NCBI GenBank assembly: GCA_025340205.1
Contig: CP006868.1
Location: forward strand, 120,001 to 152,000
Origin: Ignicoccus pacificus DSM 13166
GTDB taxonomy: Archaea > Thermoproteota > Thermoprotei_A > Sulfolobales > Ignicoccaceae
DNA: 32,000 nt
Direction: 5' to 3'
In this document: one piece after another, positions 25,252 to 32,000 of the stretch
Numbering within the stretch: the stretch's first letter is position 1
How the letters are laid out: each line of letters begins with the position of its first letter
Notes under the pieces: model-generated
Told to the model about the DNA's origin: nothing
Databases searched by the model: none
The model's input: the letters and a program-made list of their open reading frames with translations, nothing else
Position numbers and translations under genes: made by a program

Positions 25252-25345
25252 TGGTGGGCCCGCGGGGATTTGAACCCCGGACTACCGCCTTTCCTAGCCC
25301 AAGAGCTCGTAAGGGCGGCGTCCTTCCGGGCTAGACGACGGGCCC
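25252..25345 (-). tRNA. tRNA-Val (anticodon UAC) with a 17-nt intron at 37/38; 3' CCA encoded
   Basis: Hand fold: GGGCCCG UC GUCU AGCCCGGAA GGAC G CCGCC CUUACG[intron]A GGCGG UAGUC CGGGG UUCAAAU CCCCG CGGGCCC A CCA. The anticodon is at 25309-25311. Confidence 0.85.
25291..25307 (-). other. tRNA-Val intron (AGCUCUUGGGCUAGGAA) with a canonical bulge-helix-bulge motif
   Basis: CUUA (positions 32-35) pairs with intron UAGG to form the 4-bp central helix. The flanking 3-nt bulges are C36-G37-A and A-A-A38, each cut after its second nucleotide. The inner helix is GCU/GGC with a CUUG loop. Confidence 0.75.
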
Positions 25346-25375
25346 ACTGGCCGTGTTGCGGCTTCCGCAGAATGC

Positions 25376-25386
25376 TTAAAAATTTA
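25376..25386 (-). promoter_or_regulatory. AT-rich TATA-like element (TAAATTTTTAA on the minus strand) upstream of tRNA-Val
   Basis: It lies about 31-41 nt upstream of the tRNA 5' end (25345), directly after the oppF-like stop codon. Confidence 0.3.
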
Positions 25387-25389
25387 GCG

Positions 25390-26451
25390 CTATGAGCTGG
25401 CCCAACAAGCGACCTTGTGGCCTCTCTTCACCTCTATCAATGGCGGCTCCTTCTCTGAACACTTTCTCCTTAAGCCCTCGCTCTCGTCTGCTTTAACGCA
25501 TCTGGGTAGGAATCTACATCCTCTCTTCGGTGGGGCGCTCACCTCTCCCTTGATGGGTACTTCGAACCTTCTCTTCCTATTCTTCGGATCGGGATCGGGG
25601 ACGGCCGCTATGAGGGCTCTGGTGTAAGGATGTAGTGGGTCGTATAGGACGTCCTTGGTAGGCCCTTCCTCCACAATCTTACCTAAGTACATAACTCCTA
25701 TTCTATCGCATAGATGAGGAGTCGTTGCCAAGTCGTGTGTTATTACCATTAAGCTAATTCCTTCCTTTTCCTTAATCTCTCTCAGTAAGTATATTATCTC
25801 GGCTCTTATGGAAACGTCTAACATCGAGACGGGTTCGTCGGCTACTATGAACTTGGGACTTATGCTTAACGCTCTAGCAATCATTACCCTTTGTCTTTGA
25901 CCTCCGGAGAGCTGGTGAGGGTAGTAGTCCAAGAACTGATCTCCCAGCTTCACTTTCTCCAGGGCCTCAGCGGCTAGTTCCCTAGCCCTCCTCTTACTCT
26001 TAACTAGACCATGAACGATCAACGGCTCAGCCACGATCTCCCAGATCCTCATCTTGGGGTCTAAGCTCGAGTAAGGGTCCTGGAACACCATCTGCATGTC
26101 TCTCTTTATTATCCTAAGTCCCTTTCTACTCAGTTCGCTGTACTTAACCACGTTGTCATAAACCTTCTCCCCTCTTCTCGCTAGGAGCTTGGCGACGTTA
26201 GGCGATACTCTGAACAATACGTCGCCGTCTGTTATCTCCTCGAGACCCATCACGGTCCTAGCAAAGGTGCTCTTTCCACACCCACTTTCTCCAACTATGC
26301 AATACACTTCGTTCCTTTTGATTTCTAGGTCTATCCCGTCTACGGCTTTTACGTATCCCTTTGTGCTGAATATGCCTCCTACCTTATACCATTTTTTGAG
26401 GTTTATCGTCTTTAGTATCGTATCTTCATTCATTAGAGGCTTCCTATCCAT
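25390..26451 (-). CDS. ABC transporter ATP-binding protein, oligopeptide/dipeptide (OppF/DppF) type
   Basis: Walker A is GESGCGKST, the signature motif is LSGGQRQR, and Walker B is FIVADEPVSMLD. The Opp-type C-terminal extension contains Cys (CRFLPRC...C...C). I prefer ATG 26451; the ORF-track TTG is at 26472. Confidence 0.9.
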   Translation of the reverse strand: MDRKPLMNEDTILKTINLKKWYKVGGIFSTKGYVKAVDGIDLEIKRNEVYCIVGESGCGKSTFARTVMGLEEITDGDVLFRVSPNVAKLLARRGEKVYDNVVKYSELSRKGLRIIKRDMQMVFQDPYSSLDPKMRIWEIVAEPLIVHGLVKSKRRARELAAEALEKVKLGDQFLDYYPHQLSGGQRQRVMIARALSISPKFIVADEPVSMLDVSIRAEIIYLLREIKEKEGISLMVITHDLATTPHLCDRIGVMYLGKIVEEGPTKDVLYDPLHPYTRALIAAVPDPDPKNRKRRFEVPIKGEVSAPPKRGCRFLPRCVKADESEGLRRKCSEKEPPLIEVKRGHKVACWASS

Positions 26452-26489
26452 CGTTTGAGCCACGGCTTGCAATAGGCCTACCGAAGCCT

Positions 26490-26915
26490 TTGCCCTCGCG
26501 AGGAGTTTTACGCACGCTGGTGAGCTCAGTGGAGAAGGGCGCCTACTTACTGATCGTAGAGGTTGAGAGGGGGGTAGAGAGGTGGAGCTTGAAGCCGGGC
26601 CTTTACGCCTACGTGGGCTCAGCTTGGGGACCAGGAGGAATAATCGCGAGGGTTAGAAGGCACTTGACCAAGAACTTCGCCAGACCTCGCTGGCATATAG
26701 ACCACTTAACTAAGAGCGGCAGACCCCTAATGGCCTTCATCTATCCCAACCTTACTGAAGACGAACTATATCAAAAGGTATCGAAGGTCTTGAAGCCAGC
26801 TGTAAAGGGATTTGGTAGCACCGACACAAAGCATTACACCCATTTATTCTTAGTAGATAATCTCGAGAACTTGATGAAGCTCTGGAGGTCCGTTGAGGCG
26901 TTAAAGCGAGGTTAA
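26490..26915 (+). CDS. DUF123 (GIY-YIG-like superfamily) domain protein
   Basis: GAYLLIVEV...YAYVGSAWGPGGIIARVRRHL....RPRWHIDHL matches the DUF123 pattern (YvGSA...R..RH....k..WHIDyL). The start is uncertain: TTG 26490, GTG 26520 or GTG 26529. Confidence 0.65.
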   Translation: MPSRGVLRTLVSSVEKGAYLLIVEVERGVERWSLKPGLYAYVGSAWGPGGIIARVRRHLTKNFARPRWHIDHLTKSGRPLMAFIYPNLTEDELYQKVSKVLKPAVKGFGSTDTKHYTHLFLVDNLENLMKLWRSVEALKRG

Positions 26916-26952
26916 GATATTTACCAACACTTCGAGCACCCCACGATGAGCT

Positions 26953-27522
26953 ATGGCCTTAGCCGAGGCGGCTAGAAAGTTAGCTATAGCAAACTTGCTA
27001 TTGCTGTACTCATTCTTCCTAAGCCTATTCAACATAACAATAATACAAGTGATATCCACGGCCTTGGGTATCTACTCGATATATTTGCAATACAAGGGAT
27101 GGAGCGAGATGGAAAAAGTGAAGAAGGAGTACTCACCTGGCAGGCTGAGCGTAATAGAAACAGTCAAAGGTATGGTATTCTCTATAGCTTTGAGCAGTAT
27201 TGCCTTGATCTTGCTGAGAGTGGTTAGGACCGAGGGAGCGCTCTACCTAGCCCTAGCCCTCTCCACGGCATCCCTCTTAGTAGCTATATACTACAGCGTG
27301 AAGGCGATAATACACTATCTTAAGGCGTTGAGAGCTGTGGATAAAGACTATGGTACTAAACTCTTCGTGGGAGGGCTTCTGGCGGTCTTAGGGGCACCTC
27401 TGTTCTTGACTGCCTACATGCTAGGGATCAGGAGTTTGTTGGTGAGCTTACCAGCACTTATAGGCCTTTCGATGTTAGCGGTTCAGTTTTGGCAGCTGAG
27501 CTCCAAGGCGACTCAAAGCTAA
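26953..27522 (+). CDS. Hypothetical integral membrane protein (about 5 TM helices)
   Basis: 189 aa with alternating hydrophobic helices and short charged loops. I could not recognise a family. Confidence 0.5.
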   Translation: MALAEAARKLAIANLLLLYSFFLSLFNITIIQVISTALGIYSIYLQYKGWSEMEKVKKEYSPGRLSVIETVKGMVFSIALSSIALILLRVVRTEGALYLALALSTASLLVAIYYSVKAIIHYLKALRAVDKDYGTKLFVGGLLAVLGAPLFLTAYMLGIRSLLVSLPALIGLSMLAVQFWQLSSKATQS

Positions 27523-27560
27523 TTTTTAAACTATTTGTGGTAATCGGATGGGTCCGAGAA

Positions 27561-28616
27561 GTGGTACGAAGGTTCTGTGTCAAGTGTGGCGCTCTGGAGA
27601 GTCCCGAGAACCCAATCGTGGGAGGACTATGCTTGAAGTGCTTGAAGGAGGAGAAGGACCTATTCGAGGTTAAGGGATCCCTACACTTGGTCGTGTGCCC
27701 AGTCTGCGGTTCCTACTTGGTAGGAAGCTCTTGGTATCCCGGAGCTGATGACGCCGAGGAGACTATCGCTTGGCTAGCTGAAAGGCTCGTGGAACAAGGG
27801 ATTAAGGCCAAGGAGCCTGCCGAGGAGGTCGAACTAGTATCGGTGAGGACAAGGAAGATGAGAGGAGGAAAGTACGTGGCAGAGGTCACGGCAAGGGTGT
27901 CGGTTAAGGGACATTGGATCGAACAGACGCAAATAATTCCTCTTAATGTTGAGAAAAGGGTTTGTGAGAAGTGCTTGAAGAAGAGTGGGGGCGACTACGA
28001 TGCCACGTTGCAGATAAGGTCGGAGAGGGGAACGGTGACGCAAGAGGAGCTTAGGGAGGCGGGCGAGTGGTTCTCTAAGGTCAACAACGGAGACGACATA
28101 GTGGATTTCGTGGAAAGAAGGGAAGGTCTGGACGTACTCTTAGCTTCCAAGGAGGTTGCAAAGAGGGCGGCACAGCTGATGAGATATAACATGGGAGCAA
28201 AGGTAGTAGAAAGTCATAGCGTGGTCGGAATGAGCAGAGACGGAAGGGTTAGGACGAGACTCACCTTGAGCGTTAGGATACCTTCGATAAAGGAAGGAGA
28301 GGGCTTCCTACTCGATAAGGAGCCAGCTATCTTGACCGGAATCTACAAGGGTAAGTTCCATTACTACTTGCTCCACAGCGATAAGAACGGATCTTTAGCC
28401 GTTGACGATTGGTGGTCTATGAGAAAGAGTAAGAGAATAGTTTACCTAAATGAAAAGAACTTGGACGTAGGGAGGATAGTAAGTCTTAACCCATTGAAGG
28501 TCGAAGTGGGATCGAGAGAGCTCGAGGCAGAAGGTCCAGTAGGTCTTCAGGAGGGTCAAGAGGTCTACGTGGTAATATACAAGGGCAAGGTATACGTTCT
28601 ACCGAAGACCCGGTGA
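27561..28616 (+). CDS. NMD3-family protein (archaeal homologue of the 60S export adaptor)
   Basis: N-terminal Cys clusters are FCVKCG...LCLKCL and CPVCGSY, with a later CEKC. I prefer GTG 27561 (MVRRFCVKCG), which avoids overlap with the upstream membrane gene. The ORF-track start is 27489. Confidence 0.8.
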   Translation: MVRRFCVKCGALESPENPIVGGLCLKCLKEEKDLFEVKGSLHLVVCPVCGSYLVGSSWYPGADDAEETIAWLAERLVEQGIKAKEPAEEVELVSVRTRKMRGGKYVAEVTARVSVKGHWIEQTQIIPLNVEKRVCEKCLKKSGGDYDATLQIRSERGTVTQEELREAGEWFSKVNNGDDIVDFVERREGLDVLLASKEVAKRAAQLMRYNMGAKVVESHSVVGMSRDGRVRTRLTLSVRIPSIKEGEGFLLDKEPAILTGIYKGKFHYYLLHSDKNGSLAVDDWWSMRKSKRIVYLNEKNLDVGRIVSLNPLKVEVGSRELEAEGPVGLQEGQEVYVVIYKGKVYVLPKTR

Positions 28617-28673
28617 AGACGACCTCGGGCCTGAGTGGTGATGAGCGCGAACGGCCGGACGGAGGGAAATCCG

Positions 28674-29882
28674 ATGATTTCGGACATATTACTAACCTTG
28701 GCAAGTGTTTACCACTTGCTTCAGACGAGCTACGCCATAGGAGCCCTTCTCTATACTGAGGGGGATGAGGATGAGGACTCCTCCCTCAGCGTTCATATTC
28801 CGGCATATAGAGAAGACGTTGTGATAGTAAAGAGAACAGTAGAAAATGTCAAAAATGTGTTAAACCCTAAAGAAATAATCGTAGTAACTGATCCCTACAG
28901 TTTCAAAATTTATAAGAACGAACTAAAGGGCGTAAAGCTCTTTACCGGTGCTGAGAAGGGTAAAGCTCATGCATTGAACGTAGCCTTAGAACATACTGAA
29001 GCTGAGAAGGTCTTGGTTCTAGACGCCGACTCCTTTCCCGATAAAGGATTCAAAATAGGGAAAGGAAAGTACCTAGCGACTCCTTGGAAGGGCTATTCCG
29101 CTGGTACCAGATGGTCTGAAGCTATTGCGAACTTAACTACCTTGGCTTCGATATTGCTTACGAAGGGAAGGAAGGCTCTTGGATTGACCGTACTGGCTCC
29201 CGGATCCGGGGTAGCAGCAGACGCCGAACTCCTAAAGGAGATGAGGTGGGACGAGAGCGTGAAGACAGAGGACTTGGAACTCGGAATAAGGATGCACAAT
29301 CTGGGAATTCGAGCTAACTTGAACAAGGGCTACGTCCTTGTCGAGGCTCCGCCGGGCTACTTCGAGTTGAAGAGGCAACAAAGGAGGTGGACCTACGGAG
29401 CTATACAAGTCTTGAAGAGAGTAAAGATAAAGAGACTAAGAGACTTAGAACTCTTCTTCTATTTAACTCAATACTCCTACACATGGCTTCCCCTCTTGGC
29501 CCTCCTCACCTCTCCCCTAGGCCTAAGCCCTCTTTCCCTACTCCTCTACTATGGCTCTGTAACGTTACAAGGGGTTCTGACCGCCTTAGTCCAGAGAAAG
29601 TATAAGGTGAGGATGAGCTTAGCTGATGCTTCCAGATCATCAGCGGCAGGACTAGCAATGTCGCTGTCTCTGTTGGAGGCCTCAATAAGAGGGTTGATGG
29701 GTCTTCCGTTGAAGTGGAAGGTGACTCCTAAAGGGGGGAAGAGGGAAGGAGGGAAGCTCCGAGAAGAGTACTTGCTCTTGTTCACGCCTATTTTCTCAAT
29801 AATAAATCCAATCTCATTACCCTTATCCTTACAATATTTAGCCTCTTCCCTCTACTTAATCAAAGAGATTAGAAGGGACTGA
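28674..29882 (+). CDS. Membrane-embedded family-2 glycosyltransferase of the processive type (D, DxD, ED, QxxRW)
   Basis: HIPAYRED, VLDADSF, TEDLELGIRM and QQRRWTYG motifs are present. There is one N-terminal TM helix and about 4 C-terminal TM helices. ATG 28674 lies 7 nt after GGAGGG; alternative starts are GTG 28635 and ATG 28641. Confidence 0.8.
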   Translation: MISDILLTLASVYHLLQTSYAIGALLYTEGDEDEDSSLSVHIPAYREDVVIVKRTVENVKNVLNPKEIIVVTDPYSFKIYKNELKGVKLFTGAEKGKAHALNVALEHTEAEKVLVLDADSFPDKGFKIGKGKYLATPWKGYSAGTRWSEAIANLTTLASILLTKGRKALGLTVLAPGSGVAADAELLKEMRWDESVKTEDLELGIRMHNLGIRANLNKGYVLVEAPPGYFELKRQQRRWTYGAIQVLKRVKIKRLRDLELFFYLTQYSYTWLPLLALLTSPLGLSPLSLLLYYGSVTLQGVLTALVQRKYKVRMSLADASRSSAAGLAMSLSLLEASIRGLMGLPLKWKVTPKGGKREGGKLREEYLLLFTPIFSIINPISLPLSLQYLASSLYLIKEIRRD

Positions 29883-30759
29883 CTTGTGTAACAGGACCAG
29901 AGGGAGTCTCTACTGGGAGTAACTTCTTCGCCTTTTCGATGGCGCTTACACAAGCAGGCCCCACTAAGCACTTTGTCTTGAGCACTTCCCCCTCCCTCTT
30001 GACGTATTGGATACCTACGTCACCGGGCTCTAACGCCTCCACGAATTCCATGATCTTTGGAGTCTTACCATTAGCTATGTCCTCTAAGACCTTTAACGCT
30101 TCTTCACCAATCACCTTAACTATGTTCTCCTTTCCGAGAGCCTCCGTCCTCAGCTTGAAGAGCTCGTGGGGCTTGCCATGTCCCTCGACGAGGAAGTAAA
30201 AGGTAGAGGCTAAGATGTACTTGTTTTCAGCCCCCAGCTCTGTTAACCAAGCCAATCTGTCAGAGTAGCGGAACCGGTCCTTTCCGAAGTCGTAGTTCTG
30301 AGCAGCTGCTAGGACCACGTTGAGTTGTTCAAAGCCGAGAAGCTTGTTGAGCCTCTCAAGGGTCTTTAAGCCGAGCTCTATTTGATAAGGCACCTCTACC
30401 TTCTCATAGATCTTGCCGAGCAATTCCTTAGTTTCTTCCAATGCCTCTTGGGTACTCATGTTCTCAAAGAGTATTAAGTAGGCGGGGTAAGCGAGTAAGC
30501 AGAAGTCTGGCTTGAAGCCGCATACGAGTATGCTAGGGCCGGCGCTTAGTAGCATTGCTACCATGTAAGCGCCTATGAAGTCAGGCTTAGTAGGCTCCAC
30601 GGGAGACACGAAGGTCTCATAGCCCTGGAATACTATGTCACTATACACGTCGGAGAAGTAATCATCTATTAGGATTATCCTCCTCTCCGGGTCCAGTAAG
30701 TAATCTATTCCGGGTCCTAGCAGTAGGATGTGTTTATTTCTTTCGACGAACTTGGGCAA
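29869..30759 (-). CDS. Hypothetical protein (296 aa)
   Basis: Long open frame with a TTG start and no recognisable motif. It overlaps the GT2 3' end by 14 nt. Confidence 0.45.
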   Translation of the reverse strand: MPKFVERNKHILLLGPGIDYLLDPERRIILIDDYFSDVYSDIVFQGYETFVSPVEPTKPDFIGAYMVAMLLSAGPSILVCGFKPDFCLLAYPAYLILFENMSTQEALEETKELLGKIYEKVEVPYQIELGLKTLERLNKLLGFEQLNVVLAAAQNYDFGKDRFRYSDRLAWLTELGAENKYILASTFYFLVEGHGKPHELFKLRTEALGKENIVKVIGEEALKVLEDIANGKTPKIMEFVEALEPGDVGIQYVKREGEVLKTKCLVGPACVSAIEKAKKLLPVETPSGPVTQVSPF

Positions 30760-30840
30760 ACCCTTCTCCCCGAGGACACACGGCTACCTCGTTTTGAGCC
30801 TTGAGTCCTTTGTTGGTCGATCAACGAACTACATTGAAGC

Positions 30841-30846
30841 ATATAT
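30841..30846 (+). promoter_or_regulatory. TATA-like box (ATATAT) upstream of the molybdoenzyme gene
   Basis: GCATATATCTTG lies about 36 nt upstream of GTG 30880. Confidence 0.3.
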
Positions 30847-30879
30847 CTTGAAAAACTCCTAGCGTTAAATCACTCATGG

Positions 30880-32000
30880 GTGAAGTGTTTGCCCAGCACG
30901 ACCCGACGAAACCTTTTGAAGGCTATTGCCCTAGGAGCCGCTATGGCCACTGTTGGAAGAGCTATGAAGTCCCTAGGCCTTGCCAGCAAGTACCCCGAGC
31001 TAACTGAGTCCCTCGAATCCTTAGCCTCCATGCAAGCAACTAAGACCAAGTACGTAATGACCATTAAGCCCATAGGACCTTGTAGGTTCTGTGGAACCGG
31101 ATGTGGAGTTCAAGCTCAAGTACTCCTAGACCCCAAGACTGGTCTAGCCGTCAACATGTTCGCAATCCTAGGTATACCGGTTTACCCCGTCAACCACGGT
31201 GCGATGTGTACCAAGGCATTCTACATTGCTAAGGCTCTCGGTTACGCTGGCAACAAGAAGGCCTACGAGCTCAGGCTCAAGAAGCCTGCTGTCATCAAGG
31301 ACTGGATCATACCTGAGCTCGGTAGGCCTCCGATAAGGCCCGAGGAGATACCCCTAGCTCCTAGGGTGAGGGCTAGGCAAGTAAGCAAGAACTACGCTGC
31401 CACCCTCACCCAAGAGGAGCACTACAAGAAGAACATGGTCGAGATTGATTGGGACACTGCCGTCAAGTTCTTCACCACCATGTTTAAGTACGCTGTCCAG
31501 AAGTATGGTCCTCACTCCTTCGCTTACTATGGAAGCGGACAGCTCGGTACTGAGGAGAGCTACGTAATCAACAAGCTGACCAAGGCCGGTATACACACCA
31601 ACAACCTAGACGGTAACCCAAGAATGTGTATGGTCTCTGCCGTCGGAGGTTACATCACCGGCTTCGGTGCCGACGAGCCCGAGACCAGCTACGACCACAT
31701 AGACATCCCCGAGCCCACCACTAAGGTTCACGCCGACACCTTCCTACTGATCGGTACCAACACCGCTGAGGCTCACCCGATCGTCTTCGGTAGGATAGCT
31801 AAGGTGAAGGAGTCCAACAAGAACGTGAAGGTAATCCTAGCTGACCCCAGGAAGACCAGGAGCGGAGCCATCGCCGACCTATGGCTACCTCTAAGGTGGT
31901 CCATGGACGTAGCCTTCATGAACACGCTAGCTTACATCCTAGTCCACGAGCTAGCTAAATGTAAGGCCGACCCCGCTACTGGAAAGGTCGAGTGTGAGAA
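30880..32000 (+). CDS. Molybdopterin (Mo/W-bisPGD) oxidoreductase catalytic subunit, NapA/NasA-like, with a twin-arginine signal; the 3' end lies beyond the window
   Basis: This is a hand translation; the ORF is absent from the track because it has no stop in the window. The N-terminus reads VKCLPSTTRRNLLKAIALGAAMATVG, which is a Tat motif. The 4Fe-4S motif is CRFCGTGCG...C (Cys at 31081, 31090, 31102 and 31207). Further family-typical segments are YYGSGQLGTEESY, NPRMCM and LIGTNTAEAHP. Confidence 0.85.
   Translation, partial: MKCLPSTTRRNLLKAIALGAAMATVGRAMKSLGLASKYPELTESLESLASMQATKTKYVMTIKPIGPCRFCGTGCGVQAQVLLDPKTGLAVNMFAILGIPVYPVNHGAMCTKAFYIAKALGYAGNKKAYELRLKKPAVIKDWIIPELGRPPIRPEEIPLAPRVRARQVSKNYAATLTQEEHYKKNMVEIDWDTAVKFFTTMFKYAVQKYGPHSFAYYGSGQLGTEESYVINKLTKAGIHTNNLDGNPRMCMVSAVGGYITGFGADEPETSYDHIDIPEPTTKVHADTFLLIGTNTAEAHPIVFGRIAKVKESNKNVKVILADPRKTRSGAIADLWLPLRWSMDVAFMNTLAYILVHELAKCKADPATGKVECE

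Noticed and set aside
30870-31596. Minus-strand ORFs 30870-31073 and 31354-31596
   Set aside because: They lie antisense within the strongly supported plus-strand molybdopterin oxidoreductase gene, which has a Tat signal, an Fe-S motif and family motifs.
1-32000. CRISPR arrays, rRNA genes, IS elements or transposases, and inteins
   Set aside because: I saw no regularly spaced direct repeats, no rRNA-like sequence, and no transposase or integrase ORF. The atpA (591 aa), PCNA and PriS genes are of normal uninterrupted length, so no intein is present.

Overview
This window looks like a densely coding (about 90%) chromosomal segment from a hyperthermophilic crenarchaeon, possibly Desulfurococcales or Ignicoccus-like; that placement is inference only. 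The archaeal assignment rests on several hallmark genes: primase PriS, PCNA, A/V-ATPase subunit A, proteasome alpha, isopentenyl phosphate kinase, archaeal phosphopantothenate synthetase, NMD3, and a tRNA intron with a bulge-helix-bulge motif. I call about 42 protein genes on both strands and two tRNA genes: tRNA-Gly(CCC), and tRNA-Val(UAC) with a 17-nt intron. I saw no rRNA, CRISPR array, transposase or integrase. Housekeeping genes that normally sit in operons (uL15, atpA, psmA, trpE-like, oppF-like, lysX-like) occur here as singletons. Many convergent gene pairs overlap at their 3' ends. The regions most worth a second look are listed below.

1. 18306-20649: a radical-SAM/SPASM maturase-type enzyme tightly coupled to a 76-aa HicB-fold protein. 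A CxxC...CxxC mini-ORF lies upstream, and an encapsulated-ferritin-like mini-ferritin overlaps tail-to-tail, with no encapsulin shell gene in the window.
2. 11478-13369: a LysX/RimK-type ATP-grasp ligase with no LysW. It is followed by a MoaD/ThiS-like beta-grasp protein ending in GG, which is translationally coupled to phosphopantothenate synthetase.
3. 14738-15418: a 174-aa ORF separated by a single in-frame TGA from a 51-codon extension carrying a mirror-symmetric Cx6Cx3C-x11-Cx3Cx6C pattern.
4. 15555-17495: an AT-richer two-gene secreted/anchored surface-protein module next to tRNA-Gly, with a small Thr/Val-rich tail-anchored look-alike at 5235-5528.
5. 30880 onward: a Tat-signal, NapA-like molybdopterin oxidoreductase running off the window end.

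All functional calls come from motif recognition by eye. No database search was run.
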